Below are positions 1 through 9,536 of a stretch of DNA of 32,000 nucleotides, piece by piece (positions within the stretch are counted from its first letter, which is position 1; the number at the start of each line of letters is the position of its first letter). Both the position numbers and the translations under genes were made by a program. The notes beneath the pieces are model-generated. The model was not told the DNA's origin, did not search any database, and saw nothing but the letters and a program-made list of their open reading frames with translations. Origin of the DNA: an uncultured bacterium (GTDB lineage: Bacteria; Margulisbacteria; WOR-1; CAVSGV01); NCBI GenBank assembly GCA_963699255.1, contig OY969425.1:540001-572000 (forward strand), written 5' to 3'.

Positions 1-445
1 TGGCTTCAGCGCCGACAGTGTGCGGATCAAAAGTGATCAGCGACCGCAGTTTCCCTCCGGCCGCCTGATAAAGTTCCTGTAAAGCCAGGACAGCGGTTAT
101 AGGTACACGGGGTTCGTCTTTTCTATCCTGCCTCAAGTACGGCATCGCTAACATCAGCAGATCTATGTCCCCGCAGGAAGCCAGGGACAATGTTTGAAGA
201 AGAATTTTGGTCTCCATAAGATCATCATTGATGCGGCCGGTATTGGCAGTAGCCAGAACAAAAGCATGTTTATTCCTGACGCTTTCCAGGATCTTAGTAT
301 GGGTCTCTCCAACTTTGAAGTTTGTGACCTTTACAGGGGTCAACCGAAGCCCACTTAGACCAGCAACCTTATCTGCCAGAACCGGATGGGTGCTTCCGGT
401 CAAGAAACAGTGCCTTTTACATTCAGTTGCCGATATTGTTGTCAT
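1..445 (-). CDS. prs: Ribose-phosphate pyrophosphokinase (PRPP synthetase)-like, 3' truncated by the window edge
   Basis: Manual translation of the reverse strand from ATG at 445: MTTISATECKRHCFLTGSTHPVLADKVAGLSGLRLTPVKVTNFKVGETHTKILESVRNKHAFVLATANTGRINDDLMETKILLQTLSLASCGDIDLLMLAMPYLRQDRKDEPRVPITAVLALQELYQAAGGKLRSLITFDPHTVGAEA. The PYxRQDRKDxPRxPI motif, the N-terminal G(S/N)xxPxLAxK, the NDxLME motif and a TFDPH-type motif are typical of the family. The frame is open to position 1, so the ORF track omitted it. Confidence 0.85.
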   Translation of the reverse strand, partial: MTTISATECKRHCFLTGSTHPVLADKVAGLSGLRLTPVKVTNFKVGETHTKILESVRNKHAFVLATANTGRINDDLMETKILLQTLSLASCGDIDLLMLAMPYLRQDRKDEPRVPITAVLALQELYQAAGGKLRSLITFDPHTVGAEA

Positions 446-509
446 ATAAGATCACCTAAGCGCTTTATGCAAACACATTGAGCAGAATACAAAAAAGCAA
501 AACCTGATA

Positions 510-1049
510 TTATTTTATGTCCTCAACTAAACGGAACGCATAGCCGTAAATACCGTTGGAACGGCTGTCAGGTAGATCCAAATAATGATCAAAGTGCACT
601 CCATCCTGAGAAAAAAGAAGATCATTCGCATACATTGATCTTGAAGTCTCGGTCCATTCCCGATGTCCGTGACTTCCTGTGAATTGGTACGCCTTCGCCA
701 GCTCATCTACGGTCGCGATCCTGAATTTTCTGCCGGTTTTTCCGTTGAGCCACCTAGCGAATGCCCTGGCATCATTCAAACTGAACGGCGTTGTAACTCT
801 GGCACACATCGGATTGTTAAGCGCTGACAAAAGCAGATCCGCCTTGTTCCCTGTGATCTCATATCTTGATCTCAGGTTCTGGCTCTGTAAGAACTGCTTG
901 AACAGGCCGACAGACACGGTATTATGCATTATTTTATATTTCTCACCCGTGACAGTTACAAGATTCAATTGTTCCGACACTATTTTCTTCGACAACACCC
1001 ATGTTCGGCCAACGGGAGCATAACCAACACGCATTTTCATATCAACCAT
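510..1049 (-). CDS. Small formylglycine-generating-enzyme-like (FGE-sulfatase / SUMF1 fold) domain protein, 179 aa
   Basis: Pattern VSVGLFKQFLQ...VTTPFSLNDARAFARWLNGKTGRKFRIATVDELAKAYQFTG...REWTET...YGYAFRLVE matches the FGE-sulfatase domain core. Confidence 0.7.
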   Translation of the reverse strand: MVDMKMRVGYAPVGRTWVLSKKIVSEQLNLVTVTGEKYKIMHNTVSVGLFKQFLQSQNLRSRYEITGNKADLLLSALNNPMCARVTTPFSLNDARAFARWLNGKTGRKFRIATVDELAKAYQFTGSHGHREWTETSRSMYANDLLFSQDGVHFDHYLDLPDSRSNGIYGYAFRLVEDIK

Positions 1050-1171
1050 ATTAATTTCCTCCTTATAATTTATATAACATTTACCATTATGTATCGGCAG
1101 TATTGCCCGAAAATTTCAGTTTATATGATAGATTTTTAGGGAATTTAATGAGGGGAAATTCAGCGCGTTTG

Positions 1172-2386
1172 CTATTTATGTTTATGGTGTTCCTGGCGGA
1201 CGTAGCCCCAGTCCGCCGCGACCCTTTCGAAATTCTCTATATAATCGGGGTCTTTCGCTTTCTCAGGAGTGACTATTTCGACAAACTTATAATTGATGGA
1301 ATATCCCATTTCATTGAAACCGCGCAACACTTTCAAGTACTCTTCGTTCTCGGACATCTCCACCGTGAAGGATTTAAAGAAGTAACCGGTTATTACAAAA
1401 CCTTCCTTATCAAGCCCCATTATCAACGCCATGTATTTCTGATCATGGGCTTGTTCAATGCTGAGGCAATAAACCAGACTTCCGTCCACATCTATGTGCG
1501 CCTTGTGCAAGGTCACCAATGTGTCAAGAAACCCAGGATCGGAAGCTTTTTCGATCGACAGGGCATCAGCAATGTCGCCGCTTACCAGTATCTTGGCCTT
1601 TTTCAGGTCTTTCAGCGCGCTGATGAATTGCATGTTGTCAGCCTTCTCTTTGGAGAGGAGTCGTACGAATAAGCCGTCGATATGGATATGGGAGCCATGC
1701 AGATCTTTTAACGCTGAAATATACTGTGGATCCAAAGCCTTATCGATATCAAGCGCGGCCACAAGTCGGCCGCCCACATCGATATGCCCCTTATGCAGCG
1801 ATTGCAAGGCATCAATGTACTGCACGTTGGTAGCTTTTTCCGTCGAAAGAGCGTTCACAAGTTCCCCATTGACCGTGATCTTTGCTTTTCTGAGGTTTAT
1901 CAAAGCTTCAACATATCCCGGATGTTCCAGTTTTGCAGGGTCAAGCGCTTTTATCAATCCCGAGTCTATCTTTATGCCGGCCCTGCGGAGGTAGCGCAGG
2001 AGCTTGATATAGCGGTCGTCCGATGCTTTTCCCAGAGTGATCGCTTTTGTCATATTTTTATCGATCTTGACTCTCACATCGGCCAGTTCATATATGGCCA
2101 TGCATATTTCCAGATAATCGTCTAACTTGTCCAGTTCTTGCTCATCAAAAACCTTGTTCTTTCCCGCGATCTTTTCTAATTCGCGAGGATCGACTTTTTT
2201 GATCCCAATATGCCTTAACCGGCTTCGCAGTTCCTCTGCCGTTGTTTTCTCGGGAACGACGGTGACGCTTATCTTCCGGAGCTCGGTCTTGTCCTTTTTA
2301 TTCTCTTTCGGCAGCTTTATTGCCGATGTTTGCTTGCCTGCGGAGATCATCACATTGCCGGTACTTAATTTATCGATCTGATCCAT
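1172..2386 (-). CDS. Uncharacterised protein built of about nine tandem 32-aa repeats, 404 aa
   Basis: In-register 32-residue units such as LSTEKATNVQYIDALQSLHKGHIDVGGRLVAA / LDIDKALDPQYISALKDLHGSHIHIDGLFVRL / LSKEKADNMQFISALKDLKKAKILVSGDIADA / LSIEKASDPGFLDTLVTLHKAHIDVDGSLVYC. No obvious signal peptide. Confidence 0.75.
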   Translation of the reverse strand: MDQIDKLSTGNVMISAGKQTSAIKLPKENKKDKTELRKISVTVVPEKTTAEELRSRLRHIGIKKVDPRELEKIAGKNKVFDEQELDKLDDYLEICMAIYELADVRVKIDKNMTKAITLGKASDDRYIKLLRYLRRAGIKIDSGLIKALDPAKLEHPGYVEALINLRKAKITVNGELVNALSTEKATNVQYIDALQSLHKGHIDVGGRLVAALDIDKALDPQYISALKDLHGSHIHIDGLFVRLLSKEKADNMQFISALKDLKKAKILVSGDIADALSIEKASDPGFLDTLVTLHKAHIDVDGSLVYCLSIEQAHDQKYMALIMGLDKEGFVITGYFFKSFTVEMSENEEYLKVLRGFNEMGYSINYKFVEIVTPEKAKDPDYIENFERVAADWGYVRQEHHKHK

Positions 2387-2486
2387 AAAAACCCCCTATT
2401 ATGTATATCGATAAATTGTGGCTGAAATTTCTTAAAATGATGAGGAAAAAACGCTGGTTTTTGACCTGTTTTTTAAGGCTTATTTA

Positions 2487-2559
2487 TGGAGCCGAGCGGG
2501 ATCGAACCGCTGACCTCCTCGTTGCGAACGAGGCGTTCTCCCAGCTGAACTACGGCCCC
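2487..2559 (-). tRNA. tRNA-Ala (anticodon CGC)
   Basis: Full cloverleaf on the reverse strand: GGGGCCG TA GTTC AGCTGGGA GAAC G CCTCG TTCGCAA CGAGG AGGTC AGCGG TTCGATC CCGCT CGGCTCC A (73 nt). It has the G3-U70 identity pair of tRNA-Ala. CCA is not encoded. Confidence 0.96.
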
Positions 2560-2600
2560 ACAACCCGCTTCGCGGGGAAATCCCAATGACCAAATCACAA

Positions 2601-2700
2601 ATCCTCCCGCTGAGCGGGATCCCGCAACACATTATATCCTAATAATAAGGATGCGGGACAAACAAATCCCAAAATCCAAATCTCAAAATTCAAAAGGGAA
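2601..2700. repeat. Intergenic low-complexity/palindromic segment, including GCGGGATCCCGC (2614..2625) and CAAAATCCAAAT-type runs
   Basis: Perfect 12-bp palindrome GCGGGATCCCGC, followed by AAATCCCAAAATCCAAATCTCAAAATTCAAAA. Similar text occurs near 6601-6660. Confidence 0.4.
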
Positions 2701-2727
2701 CCGCGACTTTAGTCGCAGGTTCCTGGA
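2701..2727. repeat. 27-bp dispersed hairpin repeat, copy 1 (downstream of pgk)
   Basis: ccgcgactttagtcgcaggttcctgga; 23/27 identical to 3980..4006. GCGAC/GTCGC stem around a TTTA loop. Confidence 0.6.
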
Positions 2728-2743
2728 CATCCAATTCCCAAGC

Positions 2744-3934
2744 TTACGCTTCCTGCAGAACCGCTATACCAGGGAGTTCCTTGCCTTCTAAAAATTCGAG
2801 AGATGCGCCGCCTCCGGTTGAAATATGCGTAATCTTGTCCGCGACTCCCGCAGCCTCAACTGCGGCAGCAGAATCCCCGCCGCCGATTATCGTTACGGCT
2901 TTGGAATCCGCCATCGCTTTTGCTATTTCGTTCGTCCCCTTCGCGAATTTCGGTATCTCAAAGACTCCCACAGGACCGTTCCACACAACGGTACCGGCCT
3001 TCTTTATCTCATCCTTTATGATCTTTATCGTCTCGGGGCCGGCGTCAACGCCCATCATATCCGGGGGTATCTGATCGACTTTCACCACTTTTGTGACCGC
3101 CTTATCGGACATCTCGCTGGCAACAACAACATCTTTCGCGAAAATGACCTTGGCCTTGCCGGCTTCCGCCTGCGCCATGAAGATATTTGCCTGGTCGATC
3201 GATTTGTCTTCAACGAGCGACTTGCCGATCTCAAGCCCCTTGGCTTTCAGGAACGTATAGACCATTCCGCCGCCGATTATCAGCGTATCCACCTTATTCA
3301 AAAGGTTCTTCAGTACCGCTATCTTTGTCGATATTTTTGCCCCGCCGATGATGGCAACGAACGGCCTCTTCGGGTCGGTAAGCGCTTTGCCCATGATATC
3401 AAGCTCTTTCTGGATCAGAAATCCCGCGTAAGCCGGCAGGAACTGCGCGACCCCTGCTGTGGACGCATGCGCCCTGTGGGCGGTGCCGAACGCGTCATTC
3501 ACGTATATATCCGCAAGCTCGGCCAGCTTTCTGGCGAACTGTTCGTCATTGGCTTCTTCTTCCTTGTAAAACCTGATGTTTTCAAGCAGGACCACATCGC
3601 CGTTATTCATTTTAGATATCGCCTGCTCGACTTCCTCCCCCACCGAATCGTCAAGCTTCAAAACTTTCTTCTTTAGCAGTTCCTCGAGTCTCTTTGCGAT
3701 GGGGTTCAAACGAAGGTCTTCCGTTACGCCTGAAGGTCTGCCGAGATGGGAAACAAGTATCACCTTTGCGCCCTTATCCGACAGATACTTTATCGTTGGA
3801 AGGGATGCTTTGATCCTGGTGTCGTCCGTTATCTTCTTTTCCTTGTCCATCGGGACATTAAAATCAACACGGACAAGGACTCTCTGCCCCTTTAGGTCTT
3901 TTTCGCCAAGGTCAGCAATGGATTTTTTTGCCAT
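2744..3934 (-). CDS. pgk: Phosphoglycerate kinase
   Basis: 396 aa. N-terminus [53 protein letters not shown]-terminal [25 protein letters not shown]-type RBS upstream. Confidence 0.98.
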   Translation of the reverse strand: MAKKSIADLGEKDLKGQRVLVRVDFNVPMDKEKKITDDTRIKASLPTIKYLSDKGAKVILVSHLGRPSGVTEDLRLNPIAKRLEELLKKKVLKLDDSVGEEVEQAISKMNNGDVVLLENIRFYKEEEANDEQFARKLAELADIYVNDAFGTAHRAHASTAGVAQFLPAYAGFLIQKELDIMGKALTDPKRPFVAIIGGAKISTKIAVLKNLLNKVDTLIIGGGMVYTFLKAKGLEIGKSLVEDKSIDQANIFMAQAEAGKAKVIFAKDVVVASEMSDKAVTKVVKVDQIPPDMMGVDAGPETIKIIKDEIKKAGTVVWNGPVGVFEIPKFAKGTNEIAKAMADSKAVTIIGGGDSAAAVEAAGVADKITHISTGGGASLEFLEGKELPGIAVLQEA

Positions 3935-3952
3935 GGAAATTCTCCTAAATCC

Positions 3953-3970
3953 CCGAGACTAAAGTCTCGG
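3953..3970. repeat. 18-bp perfect inverted repeat CCGAGACTAAAGTCTCGG upstream of the pgk RBS
   Basis: CCGAGACT AA AGTCTCGG read directly; sits in the gap-pgk intergenic interval. Confidence 0.7.
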
Positions 3971-3979
3971 TTAATTTAT

Positions 3980-4006
3980 CCGCGACTTTGGTCGCGGGTT
4001 TCCGGA
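3980..4006. repeat. 27-bp dispersed hairpin repeat, copy 2 (between gap and pgk)
   Basis: ccgcgactttggtcgcgggtttccgga; perfect 7-bp stem CCGCGAC/GTCGCGG with TTTG loop; paralogous to 2701..2727. Confidence 0.7.
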
Positions 4007-4024
4007 AAACCAAACAGTTACCTA

Positions 4025-5089
<1,065 letters not shown>

Positions 5090-5186
5090 TCAATCCCTTC
5101 CTTTTCTATTAATATTTCGACCCAAAAAAACGGAAAATCAGTATATCATCCACGATATTGCGTGTCAATTCTGATATAATTTCCCC

Positions 5187-6314
5187 ATGTTCAGAAAAAT
5201 GATCCTGCCCGCCATAGCGGTAATAATAATAGCTCTGGTCGTTTATGTAATAAAAGTCAGCGATAAAATAGACCTGCTTCAGTCCCTTATTCCCGAGAAG
5301 ATAGCCGTTTTAAAGAACGTGCACATGGCCGGCAAGGAAGGGGCGAATTACTGGGAGGTCTTCGCCAGGGAGGGTTGGACAGGCAGGGACAGGAACACGA
5401 CAACCCTTGAATTCATAACGGATGCTGAGATCGACAAGAACGGCAGGCCTCTCATAAAGGACGTGAAAGCCAGAAGATTGAAGCTTTCTAAAAACAATGA
5501 GATCGAGGTCCTTAAGCAGGCTGATGAGGAAAAAGGCGGCGATAGATATCTGAGCCTTTTGATAAACTTCAACGCTATCTCGAACAAAAAAAAGAAAATA
5601 AAATTCTCCACCCTGACGGCTGACAGCGTCAAGTTCAACCCTAACACCAAGAAAGCCGCGATAACTGGGAACATAAAGATATTAAAGGACAAGCTTTTGA
5701 TAAGGTCCGAAAAGATAGACCTGGACCTTGATAAGAACATCGCCACGTTCGAGGGCAGAAGCTCCTTTTCCAGGGCGGGTTCAAAGCTACAGGCGAATTC
5801 CGCCGTTGCCTTCTTTGATGAAGATAGGATATTCATGTCCGGAAGCATCGAAGTGATACAAAAGAACAAAACGGCCGCATCTGACACCGCGATATATAAT
5901 GACGGCTCAAAGACCATCGTTCTCTCCTCCAATGTCAAAGCTGAGATCGAGAAGCTTGGAAGCATGATGAAAGAAAAAAGCGCAAAAAAGGTAAAGGGGA
6001 AAGAAGCAAAGAATGCTTTACAGGAAAAGACCTTGATAATATGCGACAATCTTCAGCTCTCCACCGAAAAAGGCGATTGCAGGGCGTATGGAAATGTTCA
6101 TGTCCACCAAAAAGATAAAGAGGCGAGATCCGATGAAGCTGTTTATCAGGAAGGAAGCGAAAACATCGTCCTGACAGGCAACGTATACATGAAGAGAAAA
6201 GATGACTGGGTAAGGGCGAACAAGGTCATCGTCTCAGTGGATAAGGAAACTTTCGAGGCCATAGGAAGAGTTGAAACAGTATTCAAGGTGAAAAAGGGAT
6301 CAAGAAGAAACTGA
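5187..6314 (+). CDS. LptC-like N-terminal region fused to an LptA/OstA-like C-terminal region (LPS transport bridge protein), 375 aa
   Basis: N-terminal TM anchor, then a GREGWTGRDRNTTTLEFITDAEIDKNGRPLIKDVKARRLKLSK...GNIKILKDKLLIRSEKIDLDLDKNIATFEG LptC-like segment, then YxDGS/GNVxVxQxDKEARSDEAVYQEGSENIVLTGNVYMKRKDDWVRANKVIVSVDKETFEAIGRVETVF, which is OstA-like. Divergent from gap. Confidence 0.7.
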   Translation: MFRKMILPAIAVIIIALVVYVIKVSDKIDLLQSLIPEKIAVLKNVHMAGKEGANYWEVFAREGWTGRDRNTTTLEFITDAEIDKNGRPLIKDVKARRLKLSKNNEIEVLKQADEEKGGDRYLSLLINFNAISNKKKKIKFSTLTADSVKFNPNTKKAAITGNIKILKDKLLIRSEKIDLDLDKNIATFEGRSSFSRAGSKLQANSAVAFFDEDRIFMSGSIEVIQKNKTAASDTAIYNDGSKTIVLSSNVKAEIEKLGSMMKEKSAKKVKGKEAKNALQEKTLIICDNLQLSTEKGDCRAYGNVHVHQKDKEARSDEAVYQEGSENIVLTGNVYMKRKDDWVRANKVIVSVDKETFEAIGRVETVFKVKKGSRRN

Positions 6315-6359
6315 GAGCCTGAGGCTAAACGCCTCAGCCCCAGCCTCACCCTCATTTAC

Positions 6360-6587
6360 TTAGCTCCCACGGCTCAACTTTTTGATCAAATTCCCAACTC
6401 TTTCTTTTTCCTCTTTCGTCTTCCTGTCCTTCAATTCAAGTTTTATGGCGATCATATCGCCTTCTCTGCAACCTGCGGGAAGAAGATCTTTTGATATTTC
6501 TACCGTATAGCCATCTTCCCCGACAAGGATAACGGCTGTATCTCCCTCTACCCTATCAAGCGTTCCATAAAACTTTCTATTTTTCAT
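6360..6587 (-). CDS. DUF3006-like small protein, 75 aa
   Basis: FYGTLDRVEGDTAVILVGEDGYTVEISKDLLPAGCREGDMIAIKLELK matches the DUF3006 pattern (DRxEGDxAVI...LP.G..EGD.I). Confidence 0.7.
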   Translation of the reverse strand: MKNRKFYGTLDRVEGDTAVILVGEDGYTVEISKDLLPAGCREGDMIAIKLELKDRKTKEEKERVGNLIKKLSRGS

Positions 6588-6600
6588 TTGAAAAGCCTTT

Positions 6601-6660
6601 CAAAATAAATCCAAAATCCGAAATTCAAATGACAAATGAATATTTCAAATCCAAATAATT
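6601..6660. repeat. AT-rich CAAAATCC/AAATTCAAA-type intergenic repeat
   Basis: caaaataaatccaaaatccgaaattcaaatgacaaatgaatatttcaaatccaaataatt; similar composition and words to 2660-2697. Confidence 0.35.
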
Positions 6661-6717
6661 TAATAGTTATTGATTTGTTAATCGATTCATTTGGATTTTG
6701 GTTTTTGACATTTGGAT

Positions 6718-7959
6718 TTAAAACAGCAGCTTATGCCTTCGCATCGCTATGCTCTGAAGGATGCCGATCGCGCACATGTTCATCACCAGAGCGGTCCCCC
6801 CGTAACTTATAAAAGGGAGCGGCACCCCAACGATAGGCATAAGACCCAGAGCCATTCCCATGTTCACAAGCACCTGAAAACCAAGCATAACGGCGATCCC
6901 GGCAGCAAGCATGCTTCCGAAGAAATCCCTTGATTCGACCGCCAGGGTAATGGCCCTGTATATCACTATCGTAAAGAGGGCGAGGACAAGTACGGAACCC
7001 AGGAACCCGAATTCTTCGCCTAAAGCGGAAAATATAAAATCAGTGAACTGCTGCGGTATGAACGCCAGCTGGGTCTGGGTCCCGTGCATATATCCTTTTC
7101 CAAAAAATCCGCCGCTTCCGATCGCGATCTTCACCTGGATGCTGTGGTACCCTATACCAAGAGGATCGCTGCTTGGATTCAGGAACACAAGAAGCCTTGC
7201 CTTTTGATAATCTTTCAGCATTCCCCAGACCTTTGCCACGGCATACCCCGTCCCTATATTCCCCAAAAGGATAATGGCGTAGTCAAGCAATCTGATCCTG
7301 ATCTGCCACATAAATATAGCAAGGGCGGCAAGATACGCCACCCACACATAGGTGTTCGATTTAAGAAAAATACTGAGCAGGGGCGTTACCATGAACATCA
7401 GCAGCGTTGCCGATGTCTCCGCCCAGATAAGCATGCCGGTGAAAATAGCGAAAAGTATTATCGAGGTCCCTAGATCGGGCTGTTTAAATATCAGTATGCA
7501 TGGTATCGCGACGATAATGAGCGGAGGGATGAGGCTCATGATGCTTTTTATTTCCCCGCGCCGCTCGCCAAGGAACGAGGCCAGAGCGATCAATAATATA
7601 AGCTTTGATATCTCCGAAGGTTGAAAAGATACAGGTCCTAAAGCGGTCCATCTTTGCGCGCCAAGCATGGTGAACCCCTTGAACAGCACCATTAACAGGA
7701 ATGCGATCGCAAGGCCGTACAGGAACCATGAAGCGCCCTTCAGGTGAGAGTAATCCAGATAAGTAAAGATCGAAAGACCCAGTAATCCGATCGCAAATGC
7801 AAAGAGCTGCTTCCTTGCGTAATAGAACGGGTCGTCCCCCTCCCGGGACCGCTGAGAGAAAGTGCAGCTTAGTATCATCATGAGACTGATCAATATTAAA
7901 AGCCCGACGCTGATCCATATGAGCATGTCGGAGTGCCGTAACATCCTGAAGTTTATCAT
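6718..7959 (-). CDS. rodA: Rod shape-determining protein RodA (SEDS family)
   Basis: 413 aa, multi-TM. GAQRWTALGPVSFQPSEISKL, KQPDLGTSI, IGSGGFFGKGYMHGTQTQLAFIPQQFTDFIFSALGEEFGFLGS, GMALGLMPIVGVPLPFISYGGTALV. Confidence 0.93.
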   Translation of the reverse strand: MINFRMLRHSDMLIWISVGLLILISLMMILSCTFSQRSREGDDPFYYARKQLFAFAIGLLGLSIFTYLDYSHLKGASWFLYGLAIAFLLMVLFKGFTMLGAQRWTALGPVSFQPSEISKLILLIALASFLGERRGEIKSIMSLIPPLIIVAIPCILIFKQPDLGTSIILFAIFTGMLIWAETSATLLMFMVTPLLSIFLKSNTYVWVAYLAALAIFMWQIRIRLLDYAIILLGNIGTGYAVAKVWGMLKDYQKARLLVFLNPSSDPLGIGYHSIQVKIAIGSGGFFGKGYMHGTQTQLAFIPQQFTDFIFSALGEEFGFLGSVLVLALFTIVIYRAITLAVESRDFFGSMLAAGIAVMLGFQVLVNMGMALGLMPIVGVPLPFISYGGTALVMNMCAIGILQSIAMRRHKLLF

Positions 7960-7963
7960 CTGA

Positions 7964-9460
7964 TCATCCCTGCGACAGTTCTAATGCTTTCAGCAACGCG
8001 CCGGCCTTGTTCAGGGTCTCCTCGTATTCTTTCGCGGGAACAGAGTCGGCAACAATGCCCCCCCCGGCCTGTACATAAGCGCTGTCGCCTTTCATTAAGA
8101 TGGTCCTTATCGTGATGCAGGTATCAAGGTTCCCGTAAAAATCAAAATAACCCACCGCGCCGGCATACGGGCCCCTTCGCAGGTTCTCAAGCTCGTCGAT
8201 TATCTCCATTGCACGCACCTTTGGAGCGCCTGAAACCGTTCCTGCCGGAAAAGCGGCCCTGATAAGATCAAACCCGTCCTTCCCGGGCTTAAGCTCACCC
8301 GTAATGTCAGATACTATATGCATCACATGCGAATATTTTTCCACGGACATGAGCTCATTTATTTTCACGCTGTTGAACCTGCACACTCTTCCCAGATCGT
8401 TCCTGCCAAGATCAACAAGCATAATGTGTTCGGCTCTCTCTTTTTCATCCGCAAGAAGCTCTTTTTCAAGAGAAGCATCTTCTGCTTCGTTCACGCCTCT
8501 TCTCCTTGTTCCCGCTATCGGGCGGACATTTGCGATATTATTCTCAAGCCTTACCATCGTTTCCGGCGATGAACCGATAAGTTTCATGTCCTTGAACTTC
8601 AAATAATACATGTACGGAGAGGGGTTCAGCGTCCGCAGGATCCTGTATATATTAAAAGGATCCCCGGAAACCTTTGTTTGGAACCTTTGCGAAGGAACGA
8701 CCTGGATTATATCGCCGGCCTTCACGTATTCTTTCGCTCTTTGCACGATCGCCTCATACTCCGTTTTGCTGAAATTCGACTTCAGCTTCGATCTTTTCCC
8801 CTTGCCGATCTCGATCTCAGCGCTTTTTACCGGCTTTTCAAGCCTGGAAACCAGGGCATCTATCTTTTTAACGGCGGACTCATACGCCCTGCCGGGATCC
8901 CCTTCTGCCAGGACATTAGAGACAACGCTTATCTTATGGTTCACATGATCAAAAGCAAGGATAGTATCCGTTAAGAGGAATTGCATGTCCGGGAGCTTCA
9001 GATCATCGGGGTTTTTATCCGGAAGTTTCTCTATGTGGCGAACAATGTCATAACTGAAATATCCGACCAGCCCGCCGTGGAACCTGGGAAGGCCTTTTAT
9101 TTTGACCGGCCTGTACTTTGACAGCACTTTCTTGAGTTCCGCGATCGGGTCGCCTTCGATCCTGGTCACACTTCCGCCTGATATGATCTCGATCCTGCTT
9201 CCCTTGCTTTTGACGATGAGTACAGGATCGCAGCCAAGGAACGAATATCTGCCGAGCTTCTCTCCTCCTTCAACACTTTCAAGAAGATAAGAATATTCAG
9301 CGGCTTGCTTGCCGTCAGGCGCGGCGATCTTTTTGAACGCCGAAACCGGCGTTTCCATGTCAGCGATTATCTCCCTGTAAACAGGGATAAGGTTCCCCTT
9401 TTTTGATAATCTTATGAACTCTTCTTTAGTTGGATAATACATATTTTTGCCCTTACTCAC
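7964..9460 (-). CDS. trpE: Anthranilate synthase component I
   Basis: 498 aa. SYLLESVEGGEKLGRYSFLG, DIIQVVPSQRF, SPEPSPYMYY-like, GTRRRGVNEAEDASLEKELLADEKERAEHIMLVDLGRNDLGRVC, GTVSGAPKVRAMEIIDELE, QAGGGIVADSVPAKEYEET. Confidence 0.95.
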   Translation of the reverse strand: MSKGKNMYYPTKEEFIRLSKKGNLIPVYREIIADMETPVSAFKKIAAPDGKQAAEYSYLLESVEGGEKLGRYSFLGCDPVLIVKSKGSRIEIISGGSVTRIEGDPIAELKKVLSKYRPVKIKGLPRFHGGLVGYFSYDIVRHIEKLPDKNPDDLKLPDMQFLLTDTILAFDHVNHKISVVSNVLAEGDPGRAYESAVKKIDALVSRLEKPVKSAEIEIGKGKRSKLKSNFSKTEYEAIVQRAKEYVKAGDIIQVVPSQRFQTKVSGDPFNIYRILRTLNPSPYMYYLKFKDMKLIGSSPETMVRLENNIANVRPIAGTRRRGVNEAEDASLEKELLADEKERAEHIMLVDLGRNDLGRVCRFNSVKINELMSVEKYSHVMHIVSDITGELKPGKDGFDLIRAAFPAGTVSGAPKVRAMEIIDELENLRRGPYAGAVGYFDFYGNLDTCITIRTILMKGDSAYVQAGGGIVADSVPAKEYEETLNKAGALLKALELSQG

Positions 9461-9461
9461 C

Positions 9462-9531
9462 CCTTCTGTCCCTCGCTTGAGCTCGGGACATCTCCCCCTT
9501 AGTAAGGGGGAGACACAGAGGGGGTTTTGTC
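9462..9531. repeat. 70-bp structured dispersed repeat, copy 1
   Basis: ccttctgtccctcgcttgagctcgggacatctcccccttagtaagggggagacacagagggggttttgtc; 64/70 identical to 13224..13293 by manual alignment. Confidence 0.85.
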
Positions 9532-9536
9532 ATATT

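Noticed and set aside
510-1049. Possible diversity-generating retroelement target (C-type lectin fold)
   Set aside because: No reverse transcriptase, template repeat or adenine-biased variable repeat is seen in the window.
2401-2589. 62-aa plus-strand ORF
   Set aside because: It overlaps the complete tRNA-Ala on the opposite strand and contains the tRNA-derived peptide 'GAERDRTADLLVANEA', a classic tRNA mistranslation artefact.
5348-6049. 233-aa minus-strand ORF
   Set aside because: It is antisense to the LptC/LptA-like CDS and has no recognisable domain.
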